Shown here: piece after piece, positions 20,179 through 29,748 of the stretch
Numbering within the stretch: position 1 is the stretch's first letter
Layout: each line of letters begins with the position of its first letter
Origin: Candidatus Hydrogenedentota bacterium
Lineage (GTDB): Bacteria > Hydrogenedentota > Hydrogenedentia > Hydrogenedentales > SLHB01
Length of the DNA stretch: 64,000 nucleotides
Assembly (NCBI GenBank): GCA_963674865.2
Contig: CAXXYE010000006.1
Coordinates: 32,001-96,000, forward strand
Direction: 5' to 3'
The notes under the pieces: model-generated
Database searches by the model: none
The model's input: the letters and a program-made list of their open reading frames with translations, nothing else
What the model was told of the DNA's origin: nothing
Made by a program: the position numbers and the translations under genes

Positions 20179-22860
20179 ATGGATGGCGCCACGACAGACG
20201 CGGCCTTACGGCCGCCGCGGAAACGCCGTCTTGCGGCCTTGGCCGTCACCACGCTTATAGCGGTATCCATCCTGACAACATTCTGGTGGGTGGCCGCGGA
20301 TCCAAGCGCGGCGCGGTTCTTAGGGGCGGGGGATGCGTGGGAGCAGGCGGGGCCGGGCCTCTTCTTCATGGACCACGGTTTGCACGACGGAGAACTCCCG
20401 CTGTGGAATCCACTCTACTTCTGCGGACAGCCGCACGCCGCCAATCCGCAGGCATTCCTATTCTACCCGCCGAATGCTCTGCGAAGCCTGCTGACACAGG
20501 CGCCCACCCCGAAGAGGACGCATGTCGGAATTGCACTGATGCTGTTCGTGCATCTGGTCTTTGCAGGGGCGACAATGTACCTCCTCAGCCGCCATCACGG
20601 GATCAGCGTCCCCGGCTCCCTGCTGGCCGCGTTTGCCTACGTGCTGAGCGCACCGGCCGTGTTGCGCGCGGTGGGCCATTGGTACTTCGACACAACGGCT
20701 GCGTGGCTGCCGCTATTGATCCTCCTGCTGCGCATGGGGCTCACCGCACCCTCGCGGCGCCGTGAGGCCGTCGCGGGCATCGCCGCCGGCCTAGTCTATG
20801 GAATAGCGATTCTCGGCGGCGTTCCGAGCCTCATCGTCCTGATGGGATTCACCATCGCCGCGTACGTCGTTTGCTACCGCCTTGCCGCCTTGATCCCGGC
20901 ACATGAGAAAGACGAAACGAAGGCAGACAAGAGCCATAAGGGTGGCCGACGGAAGGGAAACACAGAGCCTGCGGGAACACGGGCGGAAGCGCGCGGGCAG
21001 GGGCGGGCAGGCCGTTGGAGCGTACAAGTCATGCTGGGCGACATTGGCCTGCTGGCGGCGATCGTCGTCGTGGCCATCCTCGTGGCGGCGCCGATGCTGC
21101 TCCCCGCTAAGGAATTCGCCGCCCATAGCGCTCGCGCTCAAGGCACCGTGGTACTGGCGGGGCGAGAAGCTACGGGACCTGACTGGAGTCTTCCCCAATT
21201 ACTGGCCGTCTACTCGGGTGATGCGTCGTATGAAGGCGTCAAGGCGGCGGGAGCGATCATGCTGCTCTTCGCTTTGGCGTCCCTTACCGCCCGGCGGCGA
21301 CGACGCGATATCGCGGTGTACGGACTGCTCTTCCTGGCGCTGTTGGATGCGAGCTTGCCGAGGTCAATCCTCGTGGGGCCACTGCTCTCCCTGGTAGCTC
21401 CCTTCAAGATGGCCGAGCCGGGCCGCGCGATGCTCATCGCCTGCCTGCCCCTGGGATTGCTCGCAGGCATGGGACTCGACGCCACACTCTCGCCTTCAGG
21501 TGCGAGGTCGAAAACGGTACGGACAGTGGTGTTGGCACTTTTTGGCGGCACGGTGCTGCTGGCTCTCGCCTCGCGGGCCTATAACCATCCATTCCTGGCC
21601 GTCTCGAAATGGGCGCTCATTCTGCCTTCCCTGGCCTGTATGGTGGCGATTGCGGGCGTGTGGCTTCCACGCCCTCACGTTTGGGGAACGGCAGTCGTGC
21701 TGATGTGTTTCGGCGAGACACTGGCGTGGAACAAAGTCCTGCTTCCACACCTGTTCAACGCGGAGACGCAATATCCGGGGGAAATGAGCGCTCTGGAGAA
21801 GCCCAAAACGTTCTGGAGCAACAACCAGCGGGGGAGCGTGGCCGATCCAAATATTAACGTCTATGACTTGGCGCCAGCCATCAACGGATACGATCCCCTG
21901 CACATCGAGGAGGTCAGGGAGGTCATCTGCGCGGTACGGCACGAGGGCATGTACTTCCGCAAGATACGCGACTGGGAGCCGTTCTCGGGAAACCAGCGGG
22001 GTGGCCTCTTTCTGAAGCGCTCGCTTTGGCTCGCGCGTCAGTACGTCGAAGGGCCATTGCCGCCCAAGCATGCAATCTACCCGGCGGCTACTACGGTGTT
22101 CTTGCCTGTTCCCAGCGAAGTACCAGTAGCCAAAGTCGCTCGCGGCGGCATCGAGGGGCGGGGCGTGTCCGATGATGCGCAGCGCACGGACATCATAGCC
22201 ATGGATGCGCCGCCGGTAACGCTCAAAGCGGAGCCGGGCAAAAGAAACCAGGCTTCGACGGAAGTGGGCACAATCCACCTGCCGCCCTACCACAGCGTCT
22301 TGGCGTTTGCTGTGACAAACGACTGCGCAGCCGATCTCGAACTCGCCCTTACAGACCTCGAACAGGCACACAGTGTCCAGAGGATAACCTTCTACCTTCC
22401 CAATGACGGCACAACCAAGCGATTCGAAGTGGCTCTGTCCGACTTCACGGAAATGAACGTTGGATTACGGGCCGAAGCGGAGGAGAAGACGGGGACGATA
22501 CAAGTCGCCGAGATGTACGCGTTGAGCGATCGGCAAGACGAAGACGAGCTTATCCACATCGTGAAGAGAACGCCGAACACCGTCGAGGTGGAGGTCGATG
22601 AGTTGCCGGGATATCGGATCCTGACGCTTGTCGACGCGGCCTATCCAGGCTGGCGGGCAACGGTGGATGAAAAACCAACGCCTCTCCTGCGTGCCAACGA
22701 CGTGTTCAAGGCCGTTGTTCTGCCGCCCGGCCGCCACCACGTCAGATTCGCGTTCACGTCGTGGCGTGTGTACGCGGGCCTGGCGGTTTCATCACTCACC
22801 TGTGCCCTCCTATGCGCCGTCGGGATTGCGCACGGCCTCACCAGCCGCCGCCGCGAATAG
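20179..22860 (+). CDS. YfhO family membrane protein
   Basis: LPLWNPLYFCGQP..FYP; many TMs; C-terminal AYPGWRATVD..FKAVVLPPGRHHV. Confidence 0.85.
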   Translation: MDGATTDAALRPPRKRRLAALAVTTLIAVSILTTFWWVAADPSAARFLGAGDAWEQAGPGLFFMDHGLHDGELPLWNPLYFCGQPHAANPQAFLFYPPNALRSLLTQAPTPKRTHVGIALMLFVHLVFAGATMYLLSRHHGISVPGSLLAAFAYVLSAPAVLRAVGHWYFDTTAAWLPLLILLLRMGLTAPSRRREAVAGIAAGLVYGIAILGGVPSLIVLMGFTIAAYVVCYRLAALIPAHEKDETKADKSHKGGRRKGNTEPAGTRAEARGQGRAGRWSVQVMLGDIGLLAAIVVVAILVAAPMLLPAKEFAAHSARAQGTVVLAGREATGPDWSLPQLLAVYSGDASYEGVKAAGAIMLLFALASLTARRRRRDIAVYGLLFLALLDASLPRSILVGPLLSLVAPFKMAEPGRAMLIACLPLGLLAGMGLDATLSPSGARSKTVRTVVLALFGGTVLLALASRAYNHPFLAVSKWALILPSLACMVAIAGVWLPRPHVWGTAVVLMCFGETLAWNKVLLPHLFNAETQYPGEMSALEKPKTFWSNNQRGSVADPNINVYDLAPAINGYDPLHIEEVREVICAVRHEGMYFRKIRDWEPFSGNQRGGLFLKRSLWLARQYVEGPLPPKHAIYPAATTVFLPVPSEVPVAKVARGGIEGRGVSDDAQRTDIIAMDAPPVTLKAEPGKRNQASTEVGTIHLPPYHSVLAFAVTNDCAADLELALTDLEQAHSVQRITFYLPNDGTTKRFEVALSDFTEMNVGLRAEAEEKTGTIQVAEMYALSDRQDEDELIHIVKRTPNTVEVEVDELPGYRILTLVDAAYPGWRATVDEKPTPLLRANDVFKAVVLPPGRHHVRFAFTSWRVYAGLAVSSLTCALLCAVGIAHGLTSRRRE

Positions 22861-22877
22861 GCCGGCCGGCGTCATTC

Positions 22878-23822
22878 CTAGTCGTGCTTTCCGAGCTTTC
22901 GTAGCACTTCCAGGCAGAGGTCCGGGCGATTCGAGGTGATGGCATCCACCCCCCACTCAGCGAGGCGCTGCGTATCGGCCTCCTCATCCACCGTCCACGC
23001 GCCTAAAATCCTGCCGTCACGATGAAGCTCGGCGACGATCTCCTCGGTAAGGGCGGGATGGCCGATATTGAGGACAGGGGGATTGAGCAGCCTGGCGCCG
23101 ATGAGGTAGCGCTCCCACCTCTCAGGATGGTTCTTATCCGAACTCCCGATGAAGGCCACCTGGACATCGGGCGCCTCAATAAGCGCCACGGCGCACGCCA
23201 CGGGCGAGAAAGAGCAAATGAGAACTTGCTTCATCATCCGCCGCTCGCGAATGAGTTCGAGCACCTGCCGCGTCAACAGGGCGTTGCGTGAGCCACTGGC
23301 GTCGATGAGGGCCATCACCTCGCGCGCGAGATCCGGCAAGAGCCTCTCCTGCCCCTCCGCCAACGCGAGCAGGCGTTGCTCGAGCGCCGAGTCATCATCG
23401 ATGCTCTTAATCTCAATATAGATGCCGATGCGGTTCTTTGCGAAGTCGAGCGCCTCGGCCAGTGTGGGCACCGACTCCCCCGCAAAATGCGCGTCCTTCC
23501 AGGCGCCCGCATCCAACGCCTTGAGCTCCTCGAGCGTGCACGCGTCGACGAGGCCCGTCCCATTCGTAGTGCGCTCAAGCTTGGCGTCGTGCATAAGCAC
23601 CACCTCGCCGTCCTTGCTCAACCGACAGTCCAACTCAAACCAGTCGGCGCCCATCTCGTGTCCGAGGCGGAACGCCGCCAGCGTATTTTCCGGCGCATAG
23701 GCGCTCGCGCCTCGGTGCGCAATGACGTCGATGGCGCCATCCGGCGTGCCCGGTTGAAAAGTCGTACACCCGCTCATCGTCATAAGCGTCAACACTCCCA
23801 GAAATAGACTATGTCTGAACAT
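22878..23822 (-). CDS. Glycerophosphodiester phosphodiesterase, likely lipoprotein
   Basis: IAHRGAS..PENT, ELD, HD, EIK, WTVD; MSGC lipobox; alternative start 23849. Confidence 0.92.
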   Translation of the reverse strand: MFRHSLFLGVLTLMTMSGCTTFQPGTPDGAIDVIAHRGASAYAPENTLAAFRLGHEMGADWFELDCRLSKDGEVVLMHDAKLERTTNGTGLVDACTLEELKALDAGAWKDAHFAGESVPTLAEALDFAKNRIGIYIEIKSIDDDSALEQRLLALAEGQERLLPDLAREVMALIDASGSRNALLTRQVLELIRERRMMKQVLICSFSPVACAVALIEAPDVQVAFIGSSDKNHPERWERYLIGARLLNPPVLNIGHPALTEEIVAELHRDGRILGAWTVDEEADTQRLAEWGVDAITSNRPDLCLEVLRKLGKHD

Positions 23823-23929
23823 CGTGAGCACTTCCATCGGCGAGTCCATACTACCAGCCAGACGCCCCCGGCGCCACTGATTGGGGGCCGCTTCTGAGCC
23901 GTAATACGACGCCGATAACGCGCCGGAAT

Positions 23930-23958
23930 TTGACTTCAGACAGGCGCTCCGCTAGACT
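23930..23958 (+). promoter_or_regulatory. Sigma70-type promoter of tRNA-Lys
   Basis: TTGACT-N17-TAGACT. Confidence 0.7.
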
Positions 23959-24016
23959 TAGCCGACAATCAGCGCGGACCTCTTATCGCGCTCGCACCTA
24001 TTTGTTTCCCCCGATT

Positions 24017-24092
24017 GGACGGGTAGCTCAGTTGGTAGAGCATCGGACTTTTAATCCGGTGGTCGCGGGTTCGATCCCCGCCCCGTTCACCA
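24017..24092 (+). tRNA. tRNA-Lys (UUU)
   Basis: Cloverleaf: GGACGGG/CCCGTTC acceptor, CT-TTT-AA anticodon loop, TTCGATC T loop, encoded CCA. Confidence 0.97.
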
Positions 24093-24100
24093 ACAATATC

Positions 24101-24135
24101 AAGGGCTTACGAGAAATCGTGGGTCCTTTCTTTTT
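24101..24135 (+). terminator. Rho-independent terminator after tRNA-Lys
   Basis: aagggcttacga-GAAA-tcgtgggtcctt followed by a T tract. Confidence 0.75.
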
Positions 24136-24803
24136 GGCCGCTGTACAACAGACTGGCGTACACGCCCTGCAATAGGATACGGCGTATTGCAGGAAGACGG
24201 TGATGGATTTGGTACTGCAGGCCACGTAACTCCCCTTTTAAGAAGATCTTACTTAGATAGGGTCTTGCTCCCGAGCATCGGGTTCTCCTTCGAGAGGCCG
24301 ACATACGTGGAATACACGCCACGTACGGCGGCGCCTTGTCGAACCTTTCGTGAAGCGTGCTGGGATTTCGCATAAACCTACGCACATCGCCTTCGCGTGG
24401 CGATCTGATGAACGTCAGGCGAAAAAGCGCACATGAGCAGAAGGCGCTCCATTCACCAGTGAGAAGGAGCGACCTCCATGAGAATTCGCGTAAGTGCGGG
24501 AACGTTGCCTCATCCAACTCAGTCGGCACCGGATGCCCCCTGGACCTGTAAGCCTACTACACGACGAATATAGTGCACGCAAAACCCGTGGGCGGCCCAC
24601 ATCGCCGTAACTTATGTCGCCACAGGACATTGAGCCAAGAAGGATGCAACGGGGGAGCCCATATAGGTAGAGACGGTTTTGGTGCCTCGGAAATGGGCGA
24701 AGGCGCGTAACCAGTTGACCGAAGACTCTCGCGTGCCGGTACATGGCCCCTGCGTGCGCGCAGATGGCGTCGGGAACCCGGCGCCACGGAGGCCATTGTT
24801 GTT

Positions 24804-24941
24804 GTGAAACGACTGAAGGTTGAACAAGTGCCGATTGGTAGCCTGAAGCCATGGGAGGGCAGTCCGCGCAGGAACGACGAGGCCGCCGGCGCCGTGGCGA
24901 AGAGCATCAAGCGTTTCGGCTTCAACGTGCCCATCTTGTGA
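24804..24941 (+). pseudogene. Truncated ParB-N paralog (45 codons)
   Basis: VKRLKVEQVPIGSLKPWEGSPRRNDEAAGAVAKSIKRFGFNVPIL* aligns with the N-terminus of 29749..30978; TGA where the intact copy has TGC; GGAGG RBS. Confidence 0.85.
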
Positions 24942-25108
24942 GGAGGCCAACGCTCTCTGCCAGGCCAGTCTTTGGACCTGCAGAAGGCCCGAACTGTGCG
25001 GAAATACAGCTTGACAAGACCCTTGGAACTTTGTTGCAAACGTAGTATGCTCTGACGTAGATTATTGACTAGACTTACGTTCTGTCAATTCGTCACGGGA
25101 GAGATAGC

Positions 25109-25294
25109 ATGTCTGCGAAAAAAGCCGTATACAGCAATGCCCAAGCCATTCAGCAGTTGGGCAAGGCTTTTGCCAGCATAACGGGGGAGGAAGTCTCCAT
25201 TCCAAAACGAGACTGTCCTGACGTTCCCAAGTTCATTCGTGAGCTTCAATCTGCCCAGGACGCGACACGGAAGAACAGCATCAAATTTGGCTGA
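25109..25294 (+). CDS. Small hypothetical protein (61 aa, ends IKFG)
   Basis: GGGAGAG RBS; 20 nt upstream of next gene. Confidence 0.7.
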   Translation: MSAKKAVYSNAQAIQQLGKAFASITGEEVSIPKRDCPDVPKFIRELQSAQDATRKNSIKFG

Positions 25295-25314
25295 GGTGGT
25301 CGGAGGAGTGAAGC

Positions 25315-26880
25315 ATGTGTTTCGCGCGCTTGGGGCGAGCGACTCACGCCGAGCTCCACAACACTTCGCCTCCCTTCTCCAATTTCCATTTCGTTGATTC
25401 CCTATTGCCCGGCCAGGACGAGTCTGCTGTCCGCCGCCTTTTTTCTTTGGCGCGCAGAGTTGGCACCGGGCAGTCCCTCGTCCTCGAAGACATCGAGGCC
25501 GCTGGGGCGGTGGCAGACGAGAATGCGGAACTCACATCCTTGTTCCCTGGTTATCAGTGCTCGGGGCTCAAGCGGCTCACGTTCTGGCGTAAGCCGTGCG
25601 GCTCTTTGTCGGACACAGCACAATTCGAGGACACTGACCTGTTGGGGTACGCAATACTCAAGCAGGATACGATTCCAGGTCGTCCCACGCGCTGGCACAT
25701 TTTCGAATCTGTCTTTCGGAAGTACGCGCATGAGCACAACTGTGTGCCGGGCGAAGCATCCTTCACCGTGAGTTGCGGAAGCCGGGAATACCAGATTCCT
25801 GGCGTTCTGTACTGTCAGCAGAATCGCTTGAACAAATCCTGTGCTCAGGTGGCTCTACGCAGTCTTCTCTCTCGAATCTTCCCGGAACAGGACATCTCCT
25901 ACAGCAATATCAACCGTGCGGCAGGGACGGTCGGCACACGCGCCGAACCGGGCGAGGGACTCGATACGACGCAGATCAGAGCTGTCCTTGATTCTTACGG
26001 AATCAGGTATGACGACTTTGACTACATTGCCGCAGCCCGCTTAGGGAATGCACGGGTTCTTCCCTATTCCCGAGTCTTGTACTCTGGTATTGAGAACGGA
26101 CTGGGCGGCCTGCTTGGATTTGAGCTTTCCAGATCGAGCGCATCCGGGGAGAAGCACATCATTCCCTTCTACGGACACACCTTCAACCAGGACACGTGGG
26201 TGCCCCGTGCCAGCGTCGCCTACTTCCACGTTGGTGATCAGACTTGCTACATCTCCAGCCAAGAGTGGACGAGCAGTTTCATCGGCCACGACGACAACTT
26301 CGGCAGCAACTTCTGTGTGCCGCGTAGGTTCCTTGAGGCAAACCAAGTGAAGTATGTCGTGGCTCTGCGCCCCCGCAATACCGAGTATGGTGCGATACTT
26401 GCGGAGGCCATCGCCGTGGATTGCCTCTACGCAGCCAGGAACACGCTGCCCCAACTCCAGAATTACTGGGTAAAGAGGCTCGTGCACCACATTGATCAAC
26501 AGGACGTTGTTCTGCGCACGCTCTACGTGCACAGGGACCAATATGTGGCACACCTTCGAGAGTGTAGAGATTGGGGCGGAGACCCGGAACGTGCAGACAT
26601 CCTCAGTCTCTTTTCCTCTCATCTGCCAGAGAACCTGTGGATGGCTGAAGTGTCGATCCCGGAGCTGTTTCCCGCCAACTACCGCAAGCTTGGCGAGATA
26701 ATGCTTGACGCTTGCGTGCCCGTGTACCCCAATACCCCCTCGGAGTCGCTGCTGGTTGTGGCGCGTTTCCCAGGATCGTACTTGATAAACGTCGGCTCCG
26801 CGACCTTCGCGCCCCTCGATAGCGACTTGCGGAGCCACGTTCCCCTCTGCTGCGAGTTGGACCTTCAGGAAAGGCCATGA
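25315..26880 (+). CDS. Hypothetical protein with papain/C39-like cysteine peptidase core
   Basis: GGAGGAG RBS; QQNRLNKSCAQ (Q..C), EKHIIP (H), GHDDNFG (D). Confidence 0.65.
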   Translation: MCFARLGRATHAELHNTSPPFSNFHFVDSLLPGQDESAVRRLFSLARRVGTGQSLVLEDIEAAGAVADENAELTSLFPGYQCSGLKRLTFWRKPCGSLSDTAQFEDTDLLGYAILKQDTIPGRPTRWHIFESVFRKYAHEHNCVPGEASFTVSCGSREYQIPGVLYCQQNRLNKSCAQVALRSLLSRIFPEQDISYSNINRAAGTVGTRAEPGEGLDTTQIRAVLDSYGIRYDDFDYIAAARLGNARVLPYSRVLYSGIENGLGGLLGFELSRSSASGEKHIIPFYGHTFNQDTWVPRASVAYFHVGDQTCYISSQEWTSSFIGHDDNFGSNFCVPRRFLEANQVKYVVALRPRNTEYGAILAEAIAVDCLYAARNTLPQLQNYWVKRLVHHIDQQDVVLRTLYVHRDQYVAHLRECRDWGGDPERADILSLFSSHLPENLWMAEVSIPELFPANYRKLGEIMLDACVPVYPNTPSESLLVVARFPGSYLINVGSATFAPLDSDLRSHVPLCCELDLQERP

Positions 26881-26893
26881 AGGCCCGCCTTCT

Positions 26894-27076
26894 TGCGGGT
26901 ATTGCATGGTAGAGTGCTTTCCATGCCGTCGGTTCAACAAGGAAACGAAATGCCTGGAGATTGAAGGTTGCGTCCAATGTGGCAGGTGTCTGCGCGTGGA
27001 CTCCTGTATGGGATGGCGGCACCGTTTCTGGCGCAGAGTTATTGTGGATGAGGCCGATGTCACAAAAAGACACTAG
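26894..27076 (+). pseudogene. Remnant 3' end of a 4Fe-4S dicluster protein
   Basis: CGYCMVECFPC...CVQCGRCLRVDSC...*; first CxxCxxCxxxC motif is 5'-truncated; not in ORF track. Confidence 0.6.
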
Positions 27077-27098
27077 GGAAGGTGAACTCCTCTTCGCG

Positions 27099-27527
27099 AT
27101 GGAGGAATATCAGGGCTATAAACCGCCGGTGTTGATTAGCGCGTGTTTCCTCGGAATTCCGTGCCGGTGGCATGGCAGGCCGGCGAAGCGACGTGAGGGA
27201 CTCCTCCGCAAGTTGAAAGAGAAGTTCACGTTGGTGCCGGTATGTCCGGAACAACTCGGAGGCATGCCGACGCCGCGCACGGGTGAACAACTGGACGACT
27301 GGACGGGGGCGCAAGTACTGGATGGGGAAGCGCGCATCATCGCTCCGGAAACGGGCGAGGACGTCACGCATTACCATGTGGATGGCGCCCGACACACGCT
27401 TACGATTGCCGAGACCGTCGGCGCCAAGCGAGCGTACCTGAAAGGGGGCAGTCCGTCCTGTGATCGAGAAGGGGTTACGGGGGAGGTCCTGCGGCGTGCC
27501 AGCATCAGAGTCGTCCGAGTTCCGTGA
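27099..27527 (+). CDS. DUF523 / TudS-like (2-thiouracil desulfidase family) protein
   Basis: LISACFLGIPCRWHG, VCPEQLGGMPTPR, LKGGSPSC, GVT. Confidence 0.85.
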   Translation: MEEYQGYKPPVLISACFLGIPCRWHGRPAKRREGLLRKLKEKFTLVPVCPEQLGGMPTPRTGEQLDDWTGAQVLDGEARIIAPETGEDVTHYHVDGARHTLTIAETVGAKRAYLKGGSPSCDREGVTGEVLRRASIRVVRVP

Positions 27528-27528
27528 A

Positions 27529-27756
27529 TCATGAGAGATCGGCACGCAATTGGGGCAGGTGGCTGTGAATGCCATGAAGAGCGGAAGAAACACGCGTGTC
27601 GTCGCTGCCCGTCTTGAAGTAGGAGAATCCTAGGCAAGTTCTTGCCGCGCTCGATGCAGGAGATCCTAGCCGCCGTGACTTGGGATTCCTTGGCGAGTTC
27701 GCGCAGGGAAAGCCCGCAGCGGTTGTGCAGAGTTTGTGCCATTCACCCAGTTCCAC
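27529..27756 (-). pseudogene. Degenerate XRE-family HTH regulator
   Basis: GLSLRELAKESQVTAARISCIERGKNLP HTH motif; coherence lost afterwards. Confidence 0.55.
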
Positions 27757-27791
27757 TCGGAAAGATGCGTCACCGTGGACGTTCCTCTACG

Positions 27792-29138
27792 CTATCCTTC
27801 TTTCGCGGCCTGCATCGGGCGGATGAAGTCCACCGGGGGGCCGGCGATTAGGGCCCAATCCGCCAAGGCTTCGAGAGAGTCCCCATAGGCGGCCATCCAA
27901 TGGTGGCCGATCCCCTGCGTGTGAATCCACGAGATGATATCGTTGACGGGATAGGGAAACTTCACGCGCAACGGGTTGCCGGGAAACACCATTTCGGTGG
28001 AAACGGCCTCGCCCTGAAGGAGGGTACACTGGTAGCCCCCGCCCGAGGCAAGCAGGTTCACCAGGGTAACCGGGCCGGGCCGGGCCGTGAACAGAGCGCA
28101 CGCCCCGGTATTCATCAGCCGCACGGATTCGAGCGACACGGCCTCCGGGCGCTCTGCCAGGCTGAACGAGCCCGATCCGCAGTGCGAAAACACCACGGTT
28201 TCATCGGGCATGGGCTCCAGCCAGTCCGTGTTGTGAGTGGGCCCGCCCGTTAGCCACGTGAGCATGAGTTGGCCCGCGGCCCCGTTCACGTCCCCTTCGC
28301 AGGCGAACGGGATGCCGTCATCCGCCAAGAGGGACGCGGGCAGGCAGACGCGCCCCATCAGGTTTGGATAACAGCTTACGGCAAGGGCGTCGAGATCGTA
28401 CTCAGCCACGATCTCACGCAGGGCGGCGTATAGACGCATCGCATCCACGCCGTCTGTGTCGGAAACTCGGCACGCCGCGCTACGTTCCTTCATATCATCC
28501 CAACGCCGCACGGCCTCCGCCTCGTCGACGGCTTGGGCACGTTCGAGCATCTTGGGGATATCGAGCGGGACGACCCGCGGGCCGATGGCCCTCTTCAGGG
28601 CAAACTCGTTCGCGGCGATCTCCGTCATGCCATTGCAGCGGCCGCCGCCGAAGCCGATGCGGGCACGCCGCAGGCGTCTATGGAGAGCGGCGGCCCTCAA
28701 GAAAGCATGCACACGATCGAGGGCGGCGCCCCGCCCAATCGAGCCGTAAACGGCGCAATACGGGTGCTCCAACTGCTTGAGGTATGCGGTCAGTTGCTGC
28801 GAGCCACAGAGAGCGCCGGTTTCCATTCCGGGCAAAGACCAGAGAACAACAGGCACGTGGCACACTTCGAGAGCGTCGAGCGCCAGGTAGTCCTCGTACC
28901 AACTGGTGGCGGCGAAGGCCACGGCATGCACGCGCCCATCGAGCATCCGCTCGCCAGCCGCCGCGGCTTGCCGGGGCGTGCCCACGGCGTCCAGCCGGAC
29001 AGTCTCGAATCCCACGCTGTCGAACAGCGAAGCCAACCGCTCCGCCGCCTGCGGCGCGCCGTCGGCGCCGACCTCGAGCGGACTCGACAACGCCCCCACG
29101 CCAACGACGGGGATGAGTGGTGTATGTCTCTCGCTCAT
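27792..29138 (-). CDS. L-fucose/L-arabinose isomerase family protein
   Basis: ALCG, VSCYP, ACEGDVNGA, FSHCGSG, PVTL, GHHW. Confidence 0.82.
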   Translation of the reverse strand: MSERHTPLIPVVGVGALSSPLEVGADGAPQAAERLASLFDSVGFETVRLDAVGTPRQAAAAGERMLDGRVHAVAFAATSWYEDYLALDALEVCHVPVVLWSLPGMETGALCGSQQLTAYLKQLEHPYCAVYGSIGRGAALDRVHAFLRAAALHRRLRRARIGFGGGRCNGMTEIAANEFALKRAIGPRVVPLDIPKMLERAQAVDEAEAVRRWDDMKERSAACRVSDTDGVDAMRLYAALREIVAEYDLDALAVSCYPNLMGRVCLPASLLADDGIPFACEGDVNGAAGQLMLTWLTGGPTHNTDWLEPMPDETVVFSHCGSGSFSLAERPEAVSLESVRLMNTGACALFTARPGPVTLVNLLASGGGYQCTLLQGEAVSTEMVFPGNPLRVKFPYPVNDIISWIHTQGIGHHWMAAYGDSLEALADWALIAGPPVDFIRPMQAAKEG

Positions 29139-29748
29139 CTCAGTAATGTGCCTTCCTTACCGCGACGCGCGCACCGGCACGTCCTCACATTAGCATGCAC
29201 ACCGTCCGGCGGCCGCCTCCCGCTGCGAGCTTAGCCGCGCGGGCAAGCGCCCGGTGCGTACATGTAATCACTTGCGCGATTCCCGGCCATGCTCCACGGA
29301 CTGCCCGCACTGGAAAGCGGTGTCTCGGTTATCAGGGCCGGGATGTTTTAGCGCACACGCAGTCCATAGTCCACCAAGCGCAGGGCATTACGCAAGCCGC
29401 CCTCATGCAGCCGCCCTCATGCAGCCTTCAACCATGCCGTTGGCGTCGCGGGGGGCCCAGCATACTGCCAAGAAGCACTGCCGTGTCGCACAGACGACGA
29501 AGCTGAATGCCCGGCGGCTCCGCCAACAGCACGAGTCCGCCATGTGAATTAGGCGTGTGCGAGGCGTGATCTTCCGTTCCCGGTCGTCCACTCCCCAGAG
29601 CACGGGGACGGCGCCGTAAGTTCTTTCCCCAAAAGATGTTATTCAGGATAGGAGTGCAACGAGCCGGCCCAAATAAGTAGAGGCATGCTTCCATAGTTGC
29701 CGGGATTCTGCCTTGTTTTTGACCAGCTACCACAAGGGCTCCACCGTT

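Noticed and set aside
24107..25045. ORFs 24107..24529, 24415..24852, 24557..25039, 24612..24950, 24851..25045
   Set aside because: No motifs; several are antisense or off-frame shadows of the ParB remnant
29395..29426. 14-bp tandem repeat agccgccctcatgc x2.3
   Set aside because: Too short and without spacers; likely slippage, not CRISPR or an iteron array
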